From an uncultured bacterium (GTDB lineage Bacteria; Acidobacteriota; Vicinamibacteria; Vicinamibacterales; UBA8438), in assembly GCA_963934795.1 (NCBI GenBank), contig CAWWAF010000007.1, forward strand, positions 512 through 64,511: a DNA stretch of 64,000 nucleotides. Reading direction: 5' to 3'. Position 1 is the first letter of the stretch. Each line of letters starts with the position of its first letter. The notes under the pieces are model-generated. The model did no database searches and was not told the origin of the DNA. It saw only the letters and a program-made list of their open reading frames with translations. Of this stretch, positions 8,094-17,391 are shown in pieces. A program made the position numbers and the translations under genes.

Positions 8094-10955
8094 GTGCGAA
8101 TGCCACAGTCACACGCTCGCTCGCTTTTGGCGACCCTGCTCTTGCCGTTGCTGGCCTGCACGACCGCCCCCCCTGCCGAGACAGACGCCGACGCCAGCCG
8201 CGAGCTGGAGCTTCCGTTTGAGGCGTTCACGCTCGACAACGGCCTCGAGGTATTGCTGCACCAGGACCATTCGGACCCGGTGGTCGCGGTGGCGGTGCTG
8301 TACCACGTCGGTTCGGCGAGGGAGAGCCCAGGGCGAACCGGGTTTGCGCACCTGTTCGAACATCTGCTCTTTCAGAACTCGGAGAACGTCGGCCCCGGGG
8401 GCTTCATCAATGGCGTCCCGGCGCTCGGTGGCACCTTCAACGGCGGCACCTCCAACGACACGACGATCTACTACGCGGTCGTGCCGCAGGACGCCCTTGA
8501 GCGTGTCTTGTGGATGGAATCAGACCGCCTCGGCTTCTTCATCAATACGGTGAACGAGCCGAGCCTCGAAAACGAAAAACAGATCGTCAAGAATGAAAAG
8601 CGGCAGAGTTACGACAACCGGCCCTACGGGCACACCGGGTTCGTGGTCGACTCGCATCTCTATCCAGAAGACCACCCCTACAGCTGGCAGATCATCGGTT
8701 CGCTCGATGATCTGCAGTCGGCGACGCTGGACGATGTCCGGCAGTTCTACGAGCGGTACTACGGTCCGCAGAACGCGACCCTGGTCGTCGCCGGCGACTT
8801 CGACTCGGAGCAGGCCCGCGAGCTGGTCGAGACCTATTTCGGCGAAATCACGCGGGGCGACGCCATTCCACGCCGAGCGCCCGCGCCCGGCGTGATTCAC
8901 CAGACCACCCGGCTGGTGCACGAAGACAACTTCGCCCAGCTCCCCATGCTGACCATGGCGTGGCCCACGGTGGAGGCATACCATCCCGATTCTTACGCGC
9001 TGGACGCCCTCAGCGCGCTGCTCGCCGACGGGCGCACGTCGCCCTTCTATCAGGTCGTCGTAGAGGAGGACATGCTCGCCCCGGACGTCAATGCGCGTCA
9101 CCCACAGCGCGAACTGGCGGGTCAGTTCCAGCTCTCGGCCCGGGCATTCCCGGACACCGAACTCGATGACGTGCTCGCCAGTTTCGACCGCGCCTTTGCG
9201 CGGTTCGAATCAGCAGGCGTGAGCGAGGCGGACCTGCAGCGGATCACGGCCGGACTCGAGACCGGGTTCTACGGCGGTATCGCGAGCGTGCTGGGCAAAT
9301 CGTTTCAACTCGCGAACTACAGCGTCCTTGCGGGCGACCCCGGATTTATCAGCGAGGACCTGCGTCGGCTACGCGCGGTCACCGCCGACGATGTGATGCG
9401 TGTGTATCGGGATTACGTGGCCGGACGACCCCACATCGCTACCAGTTTCGTGCCGCAAGGCGGCCTCGACCTGGCTCTCGACGGCTCCACGGTGGCCGAG
9501 GTGGTCGAAGAAGCCATCGTGTCAGAGGCCGAGCCGACCGCGCCCGTCGCCGCCCCCCCCTCGTTCGAGAAGACACCATCTGGTATCGACCGATCCACGC
9601 CGCCGCCCCTGGCCGAGCGCCCCCAGCTGCGGGTCCCCGGTGTCTGGTCAGCCGAACTGGCGAACGGGATGCGGGTCCACGGTATCGAGCACCGGGAGCT
9701 CCCGCTCGTGCAGTTCAGTATCCGACTCGACGGCGGTCGTCTGCTCGACACGCCCTCGCGACCCGGTGTGGCGAACCTGGTGTCCGACCTGCTGATGGAG
9801 GGCACACAGACCAGGACGCCGGAGGAACTCGAAGTGGCCATCGACACGCTGGGGGCCACCATCACCGTCAGCACGTCCAATGAAGCGGTCACCCTCCGCG
9901 CCACGACGCTGGCCCGCAACTACGGCGAGACACTGTCGCTGGCCGAAGAGATCTTGATCGCACCGCGATGGGACGCCGATGCCTTCGAGTTGGCGCGGGA
10001 TCGGACACTCAGTCAGATCCGCCAGCAAGACGCCGCCCCCACTGCCATCGCAGGCACGGTCCTGAATCGGCTGCTGTACGGTCCAGACCACATCCTCGCG
10101 CACAACGCGCTGGGCACGAACGAATCCGTGTCGGCCATCACGCTGGAAGATCTCCAGACCTTTTATCGCGACAGCTTCTCACCGTCGGTCGCCACCATGC
10201 ACGTCGCGGGCGACATCGACCAGGCAGAGGTTGTCGCGTCGTTGGCCAGCCTGGAGGCGCGCTGGCCCGCGCACGCGGTGTCCATCCCCGATTACTCCGT
10301 GCCTGACGCGGCAGAGACCCCTCGGGTGTACTTCGTCGATGTCCCGAACGCGCCGCAGTCGGTCATCAGCGTCGGCCAGATGGCGATGGCCCGTACCGAC
10401 CCCGACTACTACCCCGCCACCGTCATGAATCATCGGCTCGGCGGTGGCATCACCAGCCTGCTCTTCCAGCGACTGCGGTTGGAGCGCGGGTACAGCTACG
10501 GTGCCGGGTCCAGTTTGCGCGGGGGGCGGATTCCGGGGCCATTCGTCGCGAACACGAGTGTGCGCGCCAATGTGACCTACGAGTCGATGGACTTGATCAG
10601 AGAGATTCTCGAAGGGTACGGGTCCGAGTACACCGCCGCTGACCTTGAGGCCAGTCGCGAAGAGTTGGTGCGAGGCAACCTGCGCGCCTTCGAAACCCTG
10701 GGGGCGCTGCTGAGTATGCTCCAGAACATCAGCGCCTACGACCTCCCGACCGACTACATCAGCCAGCGGGAGTCCACGATCGCCGGTTTGACAGCAGATG
10801 ACATACGCAGCCTCGCCCGCACCCATCTGAGCCCCAACCGCATGATCTACGTCGTGGTCGGCGACGCGCGTACGCAGTTCGACCGACTGGGCGCGCTGGG
10901 CCTGGGCACCCCGATGCTCGTGGACCGCAACGCGCAACCGGTCACGGCGAACTGA
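8094..10955 (+). CDS. M16 (insulinase/pitrilysin) family zinc peptidase, lipoprotein
   Basis: GFAHLFEHLLF (HxxEH), FNGGT, duplicated M16 halves, lipobox LLAC. Confidence 0.92.
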   Translation: MRMPQSHARSLLATLLLPLLACTTAPPAETDADASRELELPFEAFTLDNGLEVLLHQDHSDPVVAVAVLYHVGSARESPGRTGFAHLFEHLLFQNSENVGPGGFINGVPALGGTFNGGTSNDTTIYYAVVPQDALERVLWMESDRLGFFINTVNEPSLENEKQIVKNEKRQSYDNRPYGHTGFVVDSHLYPEDHPYSWQIIGSLDDLQSATLDDVRQFYERYYGPQNATLVVAGDFDSEQARELVETYFGEITRGDAIPRRAPAPGVIHQTTRLVHEDNFAQLPMLTMAWPTVEAYHPDSYALDALSALLADGRTSPFYQVVVEEDMLAPDVNARHPQRELAGQFQLSARAFPDTELDDVLASFDRAFARFESAGVSEADLQRITAGLETGFYGGIASVLGKSFQLANYSVLAGDPGFISEDLRRLRAVTADDVMRVYRDYVAGRPHIATSFVPQGGLDLALDGSTVAEVVEEAIVSEAEPTAPVAAPPSFEKTPSGIDRSTPPPLAERPQLRVPGVWSAELANGMRVHGIEHRELPLVQFSIRLDGGRLLDTPSRPGVANLVSDLLMEGTQTRTPEELEVAIDTLGATITVSTSNEAVTLRATTLARNYGETLSLAEEILIAPRWDADAFELARDRTLSQIRQQDAAPTAIAGTVLNRLLYGPDHILAHNALGTNESVSAITLEDLQTFYRDSFSPSVATMHVAGDIDQAEVVASLASLEARWPAHAVSIPDYSVPDAAETPRVYFVDVPNAPQSVISVGQMAMARTDPDYYPATVMNHRLGGGITSLLFQRLRLERGYSYGAGSSLRGGRIPGPFVANTSVRANVTYESMDLIREILEGYGSEYTAADLEASREELVRGNLRAFETLGALLSMLQNISAYDLPTDYISQRESTIAGLTADDIRSLARTHLSPNRMIYVVVGDARTQFDRLGALGLGTPMLVDRNAQPVTAN

Positions 10956-11720
10956 ACGGGCTCAGGAGCCGGTCGGCTGCGGTCAGATGCCGCCGAGCGG
11001 CCTCCAGCGTGAATGTGAGTGTTTCCCGCGGGATACCGGTCACGAACGGCTTGATCAGCGCGCCAAGCATGAAGGGGATACCGCGGCTGAGGGAGACCGA
11101 CTCCCACTGCATGTAGGTGTCTGACTCGCGCTGCTCGAACGAGCAATACGTGTTCAAGCGCCACAGAAAACCGCGGTCGTTTCCAACGGGTTTCTCGCGC
11201 TCATCCGGTGTATCCGGATCGGCCACCTCGACGATCCGGGTGGCGTAATTCGGCACCCAGGCGCGTTGCGAACCAAGCCGCTGGAACTCGACGTCGTACT
11301 CGGTGTTCAGGACGACGCTCACCACCTTCTTCATATACAACTGCAACGAGGACCGGAATCGATCGCCGTCCCGGTCCAACAACGCGGAGCGGCGTACATT
11401 GGGCGTGTAGACGTCGGCGTAGCGTTCGTAGTCCTGCACAAGGGCCAACGTCGTCTCGAGCGTGACATCGGGGATGCGGACGGTTCCGACCCAGTGGTGC
11501 ACCATGCCCTTTGGAATCTTGATCGACTTCCCTGCGTCATCCCGTGTGTCCAGGCGTTCGATCACCACGCCGCCCCCTGATAGTCGGTCGTCGGCGTCAG
11601 CCCGGTCCGACGCCGACTGGCGATCGATCCAAAGAAACGGGCTGTCGCCGGCCCGCTCGTCGGCCATGCGGGCCTCTGTCTCGGCCACGTAGCGCTCGAA
11701 GGCCTCGAGGGTCCGCGGGG
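10942..11720 (-). pseudogene. Hypothetical exported-type protein, apparently lacking its 5' end
   Basis: Protein-like from PRTLEAFERYVAETEARM to the stop at 10942; upstream codons are the antisense of a plus-strand membrane-protein fragment, with no credible signal peptide. Confidence 0.5.
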
Positions 11721-11890
11721 CCGAATGGACCTTCGCCCTCGTACTGCTCGGCGCTGCGGCGGCGACTCTCAGCCAGACGGCCGTCTCGGCGACATTGCTC
11801 GTCGGCACGGCGATCGCGACACTCGTCGCGTCGCTCGTCATCGAGCCGGCGACCACGCGCGCCGCGTTTCCCCGTACAGCCCCCCCCTGA
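11720..11890 (+). pseudogene. C-terminal fragment of a membrane protein with no start codon
   Basis: WTFALVLLGAAAATLSQTAVSATLLVGTAIATLVASLVIEPATTRAAFPRTAPP* (TGG 11726 to TGA 11888-11890); GC3-rich codons, two hydrophobic helices; in-frame TAG upstream at 11690. Confidence 0.5.
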
Positions 11891-11984
11891 CGGCCCTCCT
11901 CATCGATGGCGCCTCGTTTTTCGCTTATGATGTCTTGCACCGATTTACCAACTCTGTCACCGTGAGGTATCACCCGCGGAGGTC

Positions 11985-13988
11985 ATGAGACGCATCGACA
12001 TCGACCCGAAGAGGAACGACTTCATGAAAGTGCTATCGACGCTGACTTTGAGCCTGACCAGCCTGACGGTTGCGCTGTTGGTCGCCACGGCCCCGGCCGC
12101 GGCCCAGGAGCCTTCGACCGCGAATGGCGAGTGGCCCTCCTACGGAGGCAATCTGTCACACGACCGCTATTCGCCGCTCGCCCAGATTACGGAGGACAAC
12201 TTCAGCGATCTGGAGGAGGCGTGGCGGTTTAGCACCGACAACCTCGGGCCGGAGCCGGAACAGCGGTATCAATCGACACCGCTCATGGTGAACGGAATTC
12301 TGTATGTGACTGCCGGCTCCAGACGCGCCGCGGTGGCCCTGGACCCGGCGACCGGTGAACTGCTCTGGATGCACCGTGTCGACGAGGGAGAGCGAGGCAG
12401 CACGGCACCGCGCCGACTGTCCGGCCGTGGACTCACCTACTGGAACGATGGCGACGATGGCGTCATCCTTTACGTAACGCCGGGCTACCAGTTGGTCGCC
12501 TTGCACGCACTGACCGGTACGCCGATGCCGGACTTCGGCGACAACGGCATCATCGACCTCAAACAGAACATCGACCAGGATCTGGGGCCGACCGCGGAGA
12601 TTGGTCTCCATGCGGCACCGATCGTCGCCGGCAATACCATCATCGTCGGTGCGGCGCACCTGCCAGGCGGGGCGCCACCGTCGCGGACCAACGTCAAGGG
12701 CTTCGTCCGCGGCTTCGACGCCCGAACGGGAGACCGGAAGTGGATCTTCCACACGATCCCCGACGGCGACGAATTCGGCAACGACACCTGGGGCGACGAC
12801 TCCTGGCGTACCACCGGCAACACGGGCGTCTGGGCACAGATGTCCATCGACCCGGAACTGAACATGGCGTATCTGCCGGTTGAGGCGCCCACCGGGGACT
12901 ACTACGGTGGCCATCGTCCAGGGGATAACCTGTTCTCCGGCAGTGTCGTTGCGGTCGACCTGGACACGGGCGAGCGCAAGTGGCACTACCAAACGGTCCA
13001 TCACGACATCTGGGACTGGGACCTTCCGGCGGCACCGGTGCTGCTCGACATCACGGTTGACGGACGCCCGATCAAGGCCCTCATTCAACCCACGAAGCAG
13101 AACTACATGTTCGTCCTTGACCGCGAGACCGGCGAACCGATCTGGCCCATTCCGGAAGTGCCGGTCCCGGCCGGCACCGTGCCGGGAGAATGGTACGCAC
13201 CGACGCAGCCAATTCCGACCAAACCTCCGCCAGTGGACGAAGTCGACCTGAACGAAGACCATCTGGTCGACTACACCCCTGAGCTTCGGACTCGAGCCAA
13301 GGCCATCTACGACAAGCACACCATCGGGTGGCTCTACGACCCACCGACTGTGGCGACCCCCGACATGCTGGGCACGTTGCAGCTTCCGAACTCGACCGGC
13401 GGCGTGAACTGGCCAGGTGCATCGGCCGACCCGGAAACCGGCTTCTTCTACGTCTATACCAAGACTCAGATCGGTGCGCTGGGAATGATCAACGACCCGG
13501 ATCGATCTGACATGGACTTCATCCGTGGCCGCCCCGAGGGGGTCAGCTTCCGGGATGCGGGGACAAACATCGACGGCTTCCCGATGATCAAACCGCCATG
13601 GGGTCGCATCACCGGCGTCAACATGAATACCGGTGACATCGCCTGGCAGATTCCCCACGGAGAAGCGCCGGACAACATCCAGAACCACCCGTTGCTGGAC
13701 GGCGCCGACATTGGCCGGACCGGGTGGCCGGGCCGCGTCGGCCTCCTGATCACCAAGAATCTCGTCGTGGCCGGGGAGTCAGGCTTCTACACGACCGAGA
13801 CTGGCGAGGCCGGCGCGATGCTGCGCGCCTACGACAAAGCCACTGGAGACGAAGTCGGCGCGGTGTACATGAACGCCCCGCAGACAGGGTCACCCATGAC
13901 CTATCAGGTCGACGGTGAGCAGTACATCGTGGTCGCCACGAGCGGTGGCGGCCAGTCTGGAACGCTGCTGGCATACAAGCTGCCGTAG
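11985..13988 (+). CDS. Exported PQQ-dependent dehydrogenase (quinoprotein glucose dehydrogenase-like, no N-terminal membrane domain)
   Basis: EWPSYGG, RYSPLAQI, QSTPLMVNG, HHDIWDWDLPAAP, SPMTY; RBS GGAGG before ATG 11985, alternative start 12024. Confidence 0.88.
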   Translation: MRRIDIDPKRNDFMKVLSTLTLSLTSLTVALLVATAPAAAQEPSTANGEWPSYGGNLSHDRYSPLAQITEDNFSDLEEAWRFSTDNLGPEPEQRYQSTPLMVNGILYVTAGSRRAAVALDPATGELLWMHRVDEGERGSTAPRRLSGRGLTYWNDGDDGVILYVTPGYQLVALHALTGTPMPDFGDNGIIDLKQNIDQDLGPTAEIGLHAAPIVAGNTIIVGAAHLPGGAPPSRTNVKGFVRGFDARTGDRKWIFHTIPDGDEFGNDTWGDDSWRTTGNTGVWAQMSIDPELNMAYLPVEAPTGDYYGGHRPGDNLFSGSVVAVDLDTGERKWHYQTVHHDIWDWDLPAAPVLLDITVDGRPIKALIQPTKQNYMFVLDRETGEPIWPIPEVPVPAGTVPGEWYAPTQPIPTKPPPVDEVDLNEDHLVDYTPELRTRAKAIYDKHTIGWLYDPPTVATPDMLGTLQLPNSTGGVNWPGASADPETGFFYVYTKTQIGALGMINDPDRSDMDFIRGRPEGVSFRDAGTNIDGFPMIKPPWGRITGVNMNTGDIAWQIPHGEAPDNIQNHPLLDGADIGRTGWPGRVGLLITKNLVVAGESGFYTTETGEAGAMLRAYDKATGDEVGAVYMNAPQTGSPMTYQVDGEQYIVVATSGGGQSGTLLAYKLP

Positions 13989-14019
13989 CCACCTGACGCA
14001 TCGCGGTCACCGCTTCACG

Positions 14020-14063
14020 GGCCCGACGCGCCGCCATTCAACGGCGGTGCGTCGGGCCTTTTT
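14020..14063 (+). terminator. Rho-independent terminator
   Basis: 16-bp stem ggcccgacgcgccgcc / ggcggtgcgtcgggcc (one G-U pair), 7-nt loop, followed by TTTTT. Confidence 0.85.
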
Positions 14064-14089
14064 CGCAGCCTCCCGCACGACACGGCCCA

Positions 14090-14998
14090 GTGGTGCCCTC
14101 CCCCATTCAGACGACACGATTCGTCGAAGCCAATGGTCTCCGATTCGAGGTCACGGAGTGCGGAACGGGCGACCGGCTTGCGCTCTGCCTCCATGGGTTC
14201 CCTGAGTGCGCATTCTCCTGGCGCTACCAGATGCCGATGCTCGCCCAGCTGGGATACCGAGTCTGGGCCCCGAACCTCCGCGGCTACGGCCGTTCGAGCC
14301 GGCCCGGCCGCGTCGCGGACTACCACATCGACCACCTCGTCGCCGACGTTGAAGGCCTGATCCGGGCGGCGGGCGCCCGCGAGACCCTGCTCATCGGCCA
14401 CGACTGGGGTGGCGGCGTCGCCTGGATGACCGCCCTCGCGGACCGTTGTCCGCTTGCTGGTCTTGTTGTGATCAACTGCCCACATCCGGCGCTCTTCGCC
14501 CAGGGTCTGTACCGGTGGCCGCAGCTCCGACGCTCCTGGTATGTCTTCGCCTTCCAGCTCCCGCGACTGCCGGAGTTCCTCTTGCGTCGCCGCGAGGCGC
14601 GCGCCATCGCGGGGACGTTTCTAGATATGGCGGTGGACCGGAGTCGATTTCCCGAGGACGTGCTGGATGTGTACCGGCGCCAGGCACTCGAGCCTGGCGC
14701 GCTGACCGCGATGCTCAACTACTATCGGGCAAACCGCCGCATGCCGCACACGGCGCGACCCGACCTGAAACGCCCGGTCACCACGCCGACCCTGCTGATT
14801 TGGGGCGAGGCAGACACCGCCCTCGGTAAAGAGCTTACCGTGGGCACGGACCGTCTGGTGTCCGACCTCACCGTGCGCTACCTCCCAGGCGTGTCGCACT
14901 GGGCGCAGCAAGAAGCACCTGAGGTCGTCAACGACACCATCGTGCACTGGCTCGACCGGCCCCGCCGCAATGCACCGACGCCATCAACGGATGAGTGA
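14090..14998 (+). CDS. Alpha/beta hydrolase, epoxide hydrolase-like
   Basis: LHGFPE, GHDWGG nucleophile elbow (Asp), YYRA, IWGEAD, SHW. Confidence 0.88.
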   Translation: MVPSPIQTTRFVEANGLRFEVTECGTGDRLALCLHGFPECAFSWRYQMPMLAQLGYRVWAPNLRGYGRSSRPGRVADYHIDHLVADVEGLIRAAGARETLLIGHDWGGGVAWMTALADRCPLAGLVVINCPHPALFAQGLYRWPQLRRSWYVFAFQLPRLPEFLLRRREARAIAGTFLDMAVDRSRFPEDVLDVYRRQALEPGALTAMLNYYRANRRMPHTARPDLKRPVTTPTLLIWGEADTALGKELTVGTDRLVSDLTVRYLPGVSHWAQQEAPEVVNDTIVHWLDRPRRNAPTPSTDE

Positions 14999-15029
14999 AC
15001 GGCCGACAGGACGATCCCGTGAACTCGCC

Positions 15030-17312
15030 TCAATCGGGGTCTTCGACCGTCGCAAGCTCTTCTTCGGTGCGTAGCAGGACGTCACCAGCCGCGGCGACAA
15101 GCGTGACCAGCGGTAGCTCGGGCAAGCAGGACTCGACCGGATCACCAAAGGGATCCAGCAACCGCATCCCCTCGACTCTGAATGGCAGAAACACGATCGC
15201 GGCGTCGCGCGATCTCTCGATCACAGCCTGGGCGTCGGCATCGAGCACCGGCTCCACGGTCGCCTCAATCCGGCGCTCTTCCAGCCGATACATCAGGTTG
15301 GCGGCCACTTTCTTCCCGCTATCGAGGGCGGCGGGCGCCAACACCCGTATGGCCGCGTCGTCCCACTCATCGGTCCGGGTCATCAGATAGGCCAGCAACA
15401 AGGCGAGGCGCGACGAGTCGTCCTCGAACCACCAGACGTCGATACGACGGGCGTGAGACTTGGTCTCGGCCAGCCGAGTCCAGTCCTCTGGCGCGGCGTC
15501 GAACACCACCACATGTTGCTCCAGACGCAGGGCTCGCTGTAGCAAACGCGCATACCGCAACGACGTTCCAGACGCCGGCGCGTCGTCGTGGTGCTCCAAC
15601 CAGTTGAGCGCCACTGTATTGGCGCGGATGGACCCCACGCCCCAGGTCTGCAACAACGTCGTCGACGCTTGCGCCAGGTCTGGCGCCATCACCACCAGTG
15701 GAAACGCATCTACCTTGTCTCGCTCGAGCTCCTCCCGCAGTTGTTGTTCCGCTTCGCGTCGCCGCGTCCGCGCCCCAACCGATGCGCTGTCGCCCTCGAC
15801 CAACTGGACGGCGGTTACCAACCCCGTACCTCCACTGATCCAGGATGCGAGGGCCAGCACACGTGAGCGTCGCTCTGAGGTGTCGGTAAACAGCAGAATC
15901 TGCGGCTGCCAGTCGACCGGTGACTCCGGCTGCTCGGCGAGATCGCGGATCCCGTCCTTGACCTGGCGATACCGGTAGGCCCGTCGGCTGTCTCGCCACC
16001 GCGTGGGCACCGCTGTCCAACGAAGATATTGATAGCCGGCGAACAGCAACGCCACGGCGACGGCCGTGGCCGCGGGGTCAATCGCCACCATGACGCCGCC
16101 GCAGAGAAAGGTGCCGAGCAGGCTCGCTCGCTTGTCGTAGAGTCGGAACCGCGGACGAAACGACGGGCTGGCACCGTGAGCCTCGACGTAGGTGGCGTAG
16201 TTGAGCAGGCCGTAGGAAATCAGAAAGAACATCGACACAACCGACGCGATCGCGTTCAGGTCTCCGACCGCGATGGTCACGATAGCGATAACCCCGGTCA
16301 GGGCGACGGCCCGCCTCGGATTCCCGGTCGCCGCATCGACCGTGGCGAACGGCCCCAGCCCTTTGAACAACCGGTCGGCCGCCAGTGCCTGCAAGATCCG
16401 CGGCGCGCCGAGGAAGGAGGCGAGCGCTGACGAGAGCGTCGCCGAGAGGACGCCGGCATCTATCAGCCAGGGGACGCTGGCCACCCGCCCCATCCCCTCG
16501 TAGTCGGCAGCCAGGTCCGCCAGCGGCGCGGCCCCCGCAAACATCACGATGGCCGCACCGTACACGACCGTCGACAGCCCTACCGCGAGGAACGTACCAG
16601 TCGGCAGGCTTCGCGAGGCGTCCTTGAGGTCGCCCGACATGCTCACGCCTTGCGTGAATCCGGTCACGGCCGGGAAGAAGATCGCGAACAGAATCCAGAA
16701 GGACGAGGGCGCCGCGGGGTCCGGCACGCGCTCAAGGCTGGCCCTGAGCAACTGGGGATCCCACGCGGCGTACGCGCCGACAAAGAACGACGCAAGCGCC
16801 GCGGCCAACAGGACCATAATCACGAACTGGAACCGCGTGGCCAGGTCTGAGCCGGCATAGGCGAGCCCGAACAGGGCCACGGCCGCCAGCGCCGCGGCCA
16901 CCCGCACGACCAGATCGTCGCCGCCGAAGACCGCGGCGATACCCTCACCGAACCCGACGCAGTAGAAGGCGACGGAAATCGCCTGAGCCAGGAACAACAG
17001 CACCCCGAGAGCGCCACCGTACTCGACGCCCAGGCTACGCGAAATCAGGTAGTAGTCGCCGCCGCCGCGGACCCTCCGGTTCGTCGCGATGGCCGACAGC
17101 GACACGCTGGTGTGCACCGAGATGGCGGTAGCCAGCGCCAACATCCCAAGCGCCCCGAGGAGGCCCGCCACACCCACCACGTACCCCAGCCGGCGAAAAA
17201 GGATGATGCCGAGGATGGTGAGGATACTCGGCGTGAAGACGCCCCCGAACGTGCCGAGCAACCGTCGACCGCCACTGGGTGGGTGACCCGCTGGGATGGA
17301 CGCGGCGCTCAT
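15030..17312 (-). CDS. Cation-chloride cotransporter (SLC12/CCC, APC superfamily) homologue
   Basis: LGTFGGVFTPSILTILGIILF, GGDYYLISRSLG, IFFPAVTG, GDLKD, FFLISYGLLN, then a cytoplasmic C-terminal domain; start ATG 17312 (760 aa). Confidence 0.85.
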   Translation of the reverse strand: MSAASIPAGHPPSGGRRLLGTFGGVFTPSILTILGIILFRRLGYVVGVAGLLGALGMLALATAISVHTSVSLSAIATNRRVRGGGDYYLISRSLGVEYGGALGVLLFLAQAISVAFYCVGFGEGIAAVFGGDDLVVRVAAALAAVALFGLAYAGSDLATRFQFVIMVLLAAALASFFVGAYAAWDPQLLRASLERVPDPAAPSSFWILFAIFFPAVTGFTQGVSMSGDLKDASRSLPTGTFLAVGLSTVVYGAAIVMFAGAAPLADLAADYEGMGRVASVPWLIDAGVLSATLSSALASFLGAPRILQALAADRLFKGLGPFATVDAATGNPRRAVALTGVIAIVTIAVGDLNAIASVVSMFFLISYGLLNYATYVEAHGASPSFRPRFRLYDKRASLLGTFLCGGVMVAIDPAATAVAVALLFAGYQYLRWTAVPTRWRDSRRAYRYRQVKDGIRDLAEQPESPVDWQPQILLFTDTSERRSRVLALASWISGGTGLVTAVQLVEGDSASVGARTRRREAEQQLREELERDKVDAFPLVVMAPDLAQASTTLLQTWGVGSIRANTVALNWLEHHDDAPASGTSLRYARLLQRALRLEQHVVVFDAAPEDWTRLAETKSHARRIDVWWFEDDSSRLALLLAYLMTRTDEWDDAAIRVLAPAALDSGKKVAANLMYRLEERRIEATVEPVLDADAQAVIERSRDAAIVFLPFRVEGMRLLDPFGDPVESCLPELPLVTLVAAAGDVLLRTEEELATVEDPD

Positions 17313-17391
17313 GATCGCACCGGGAGATTCGCGGCGCGCGAGTACTCCATCGTCAGTGAGAGCGCGTGGCGTCGCATACGGAAGTGTCCGG

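Noticed and set aside
12990-13030. D-x-D in WDWD/WDYD of the PQQ dehydrogenases as a lanthanide signature
   Set aside because: That diagnostic applies to XoxF/ExaF alcohol dehydrogenases; GDH-type enzymes normally have WDxD
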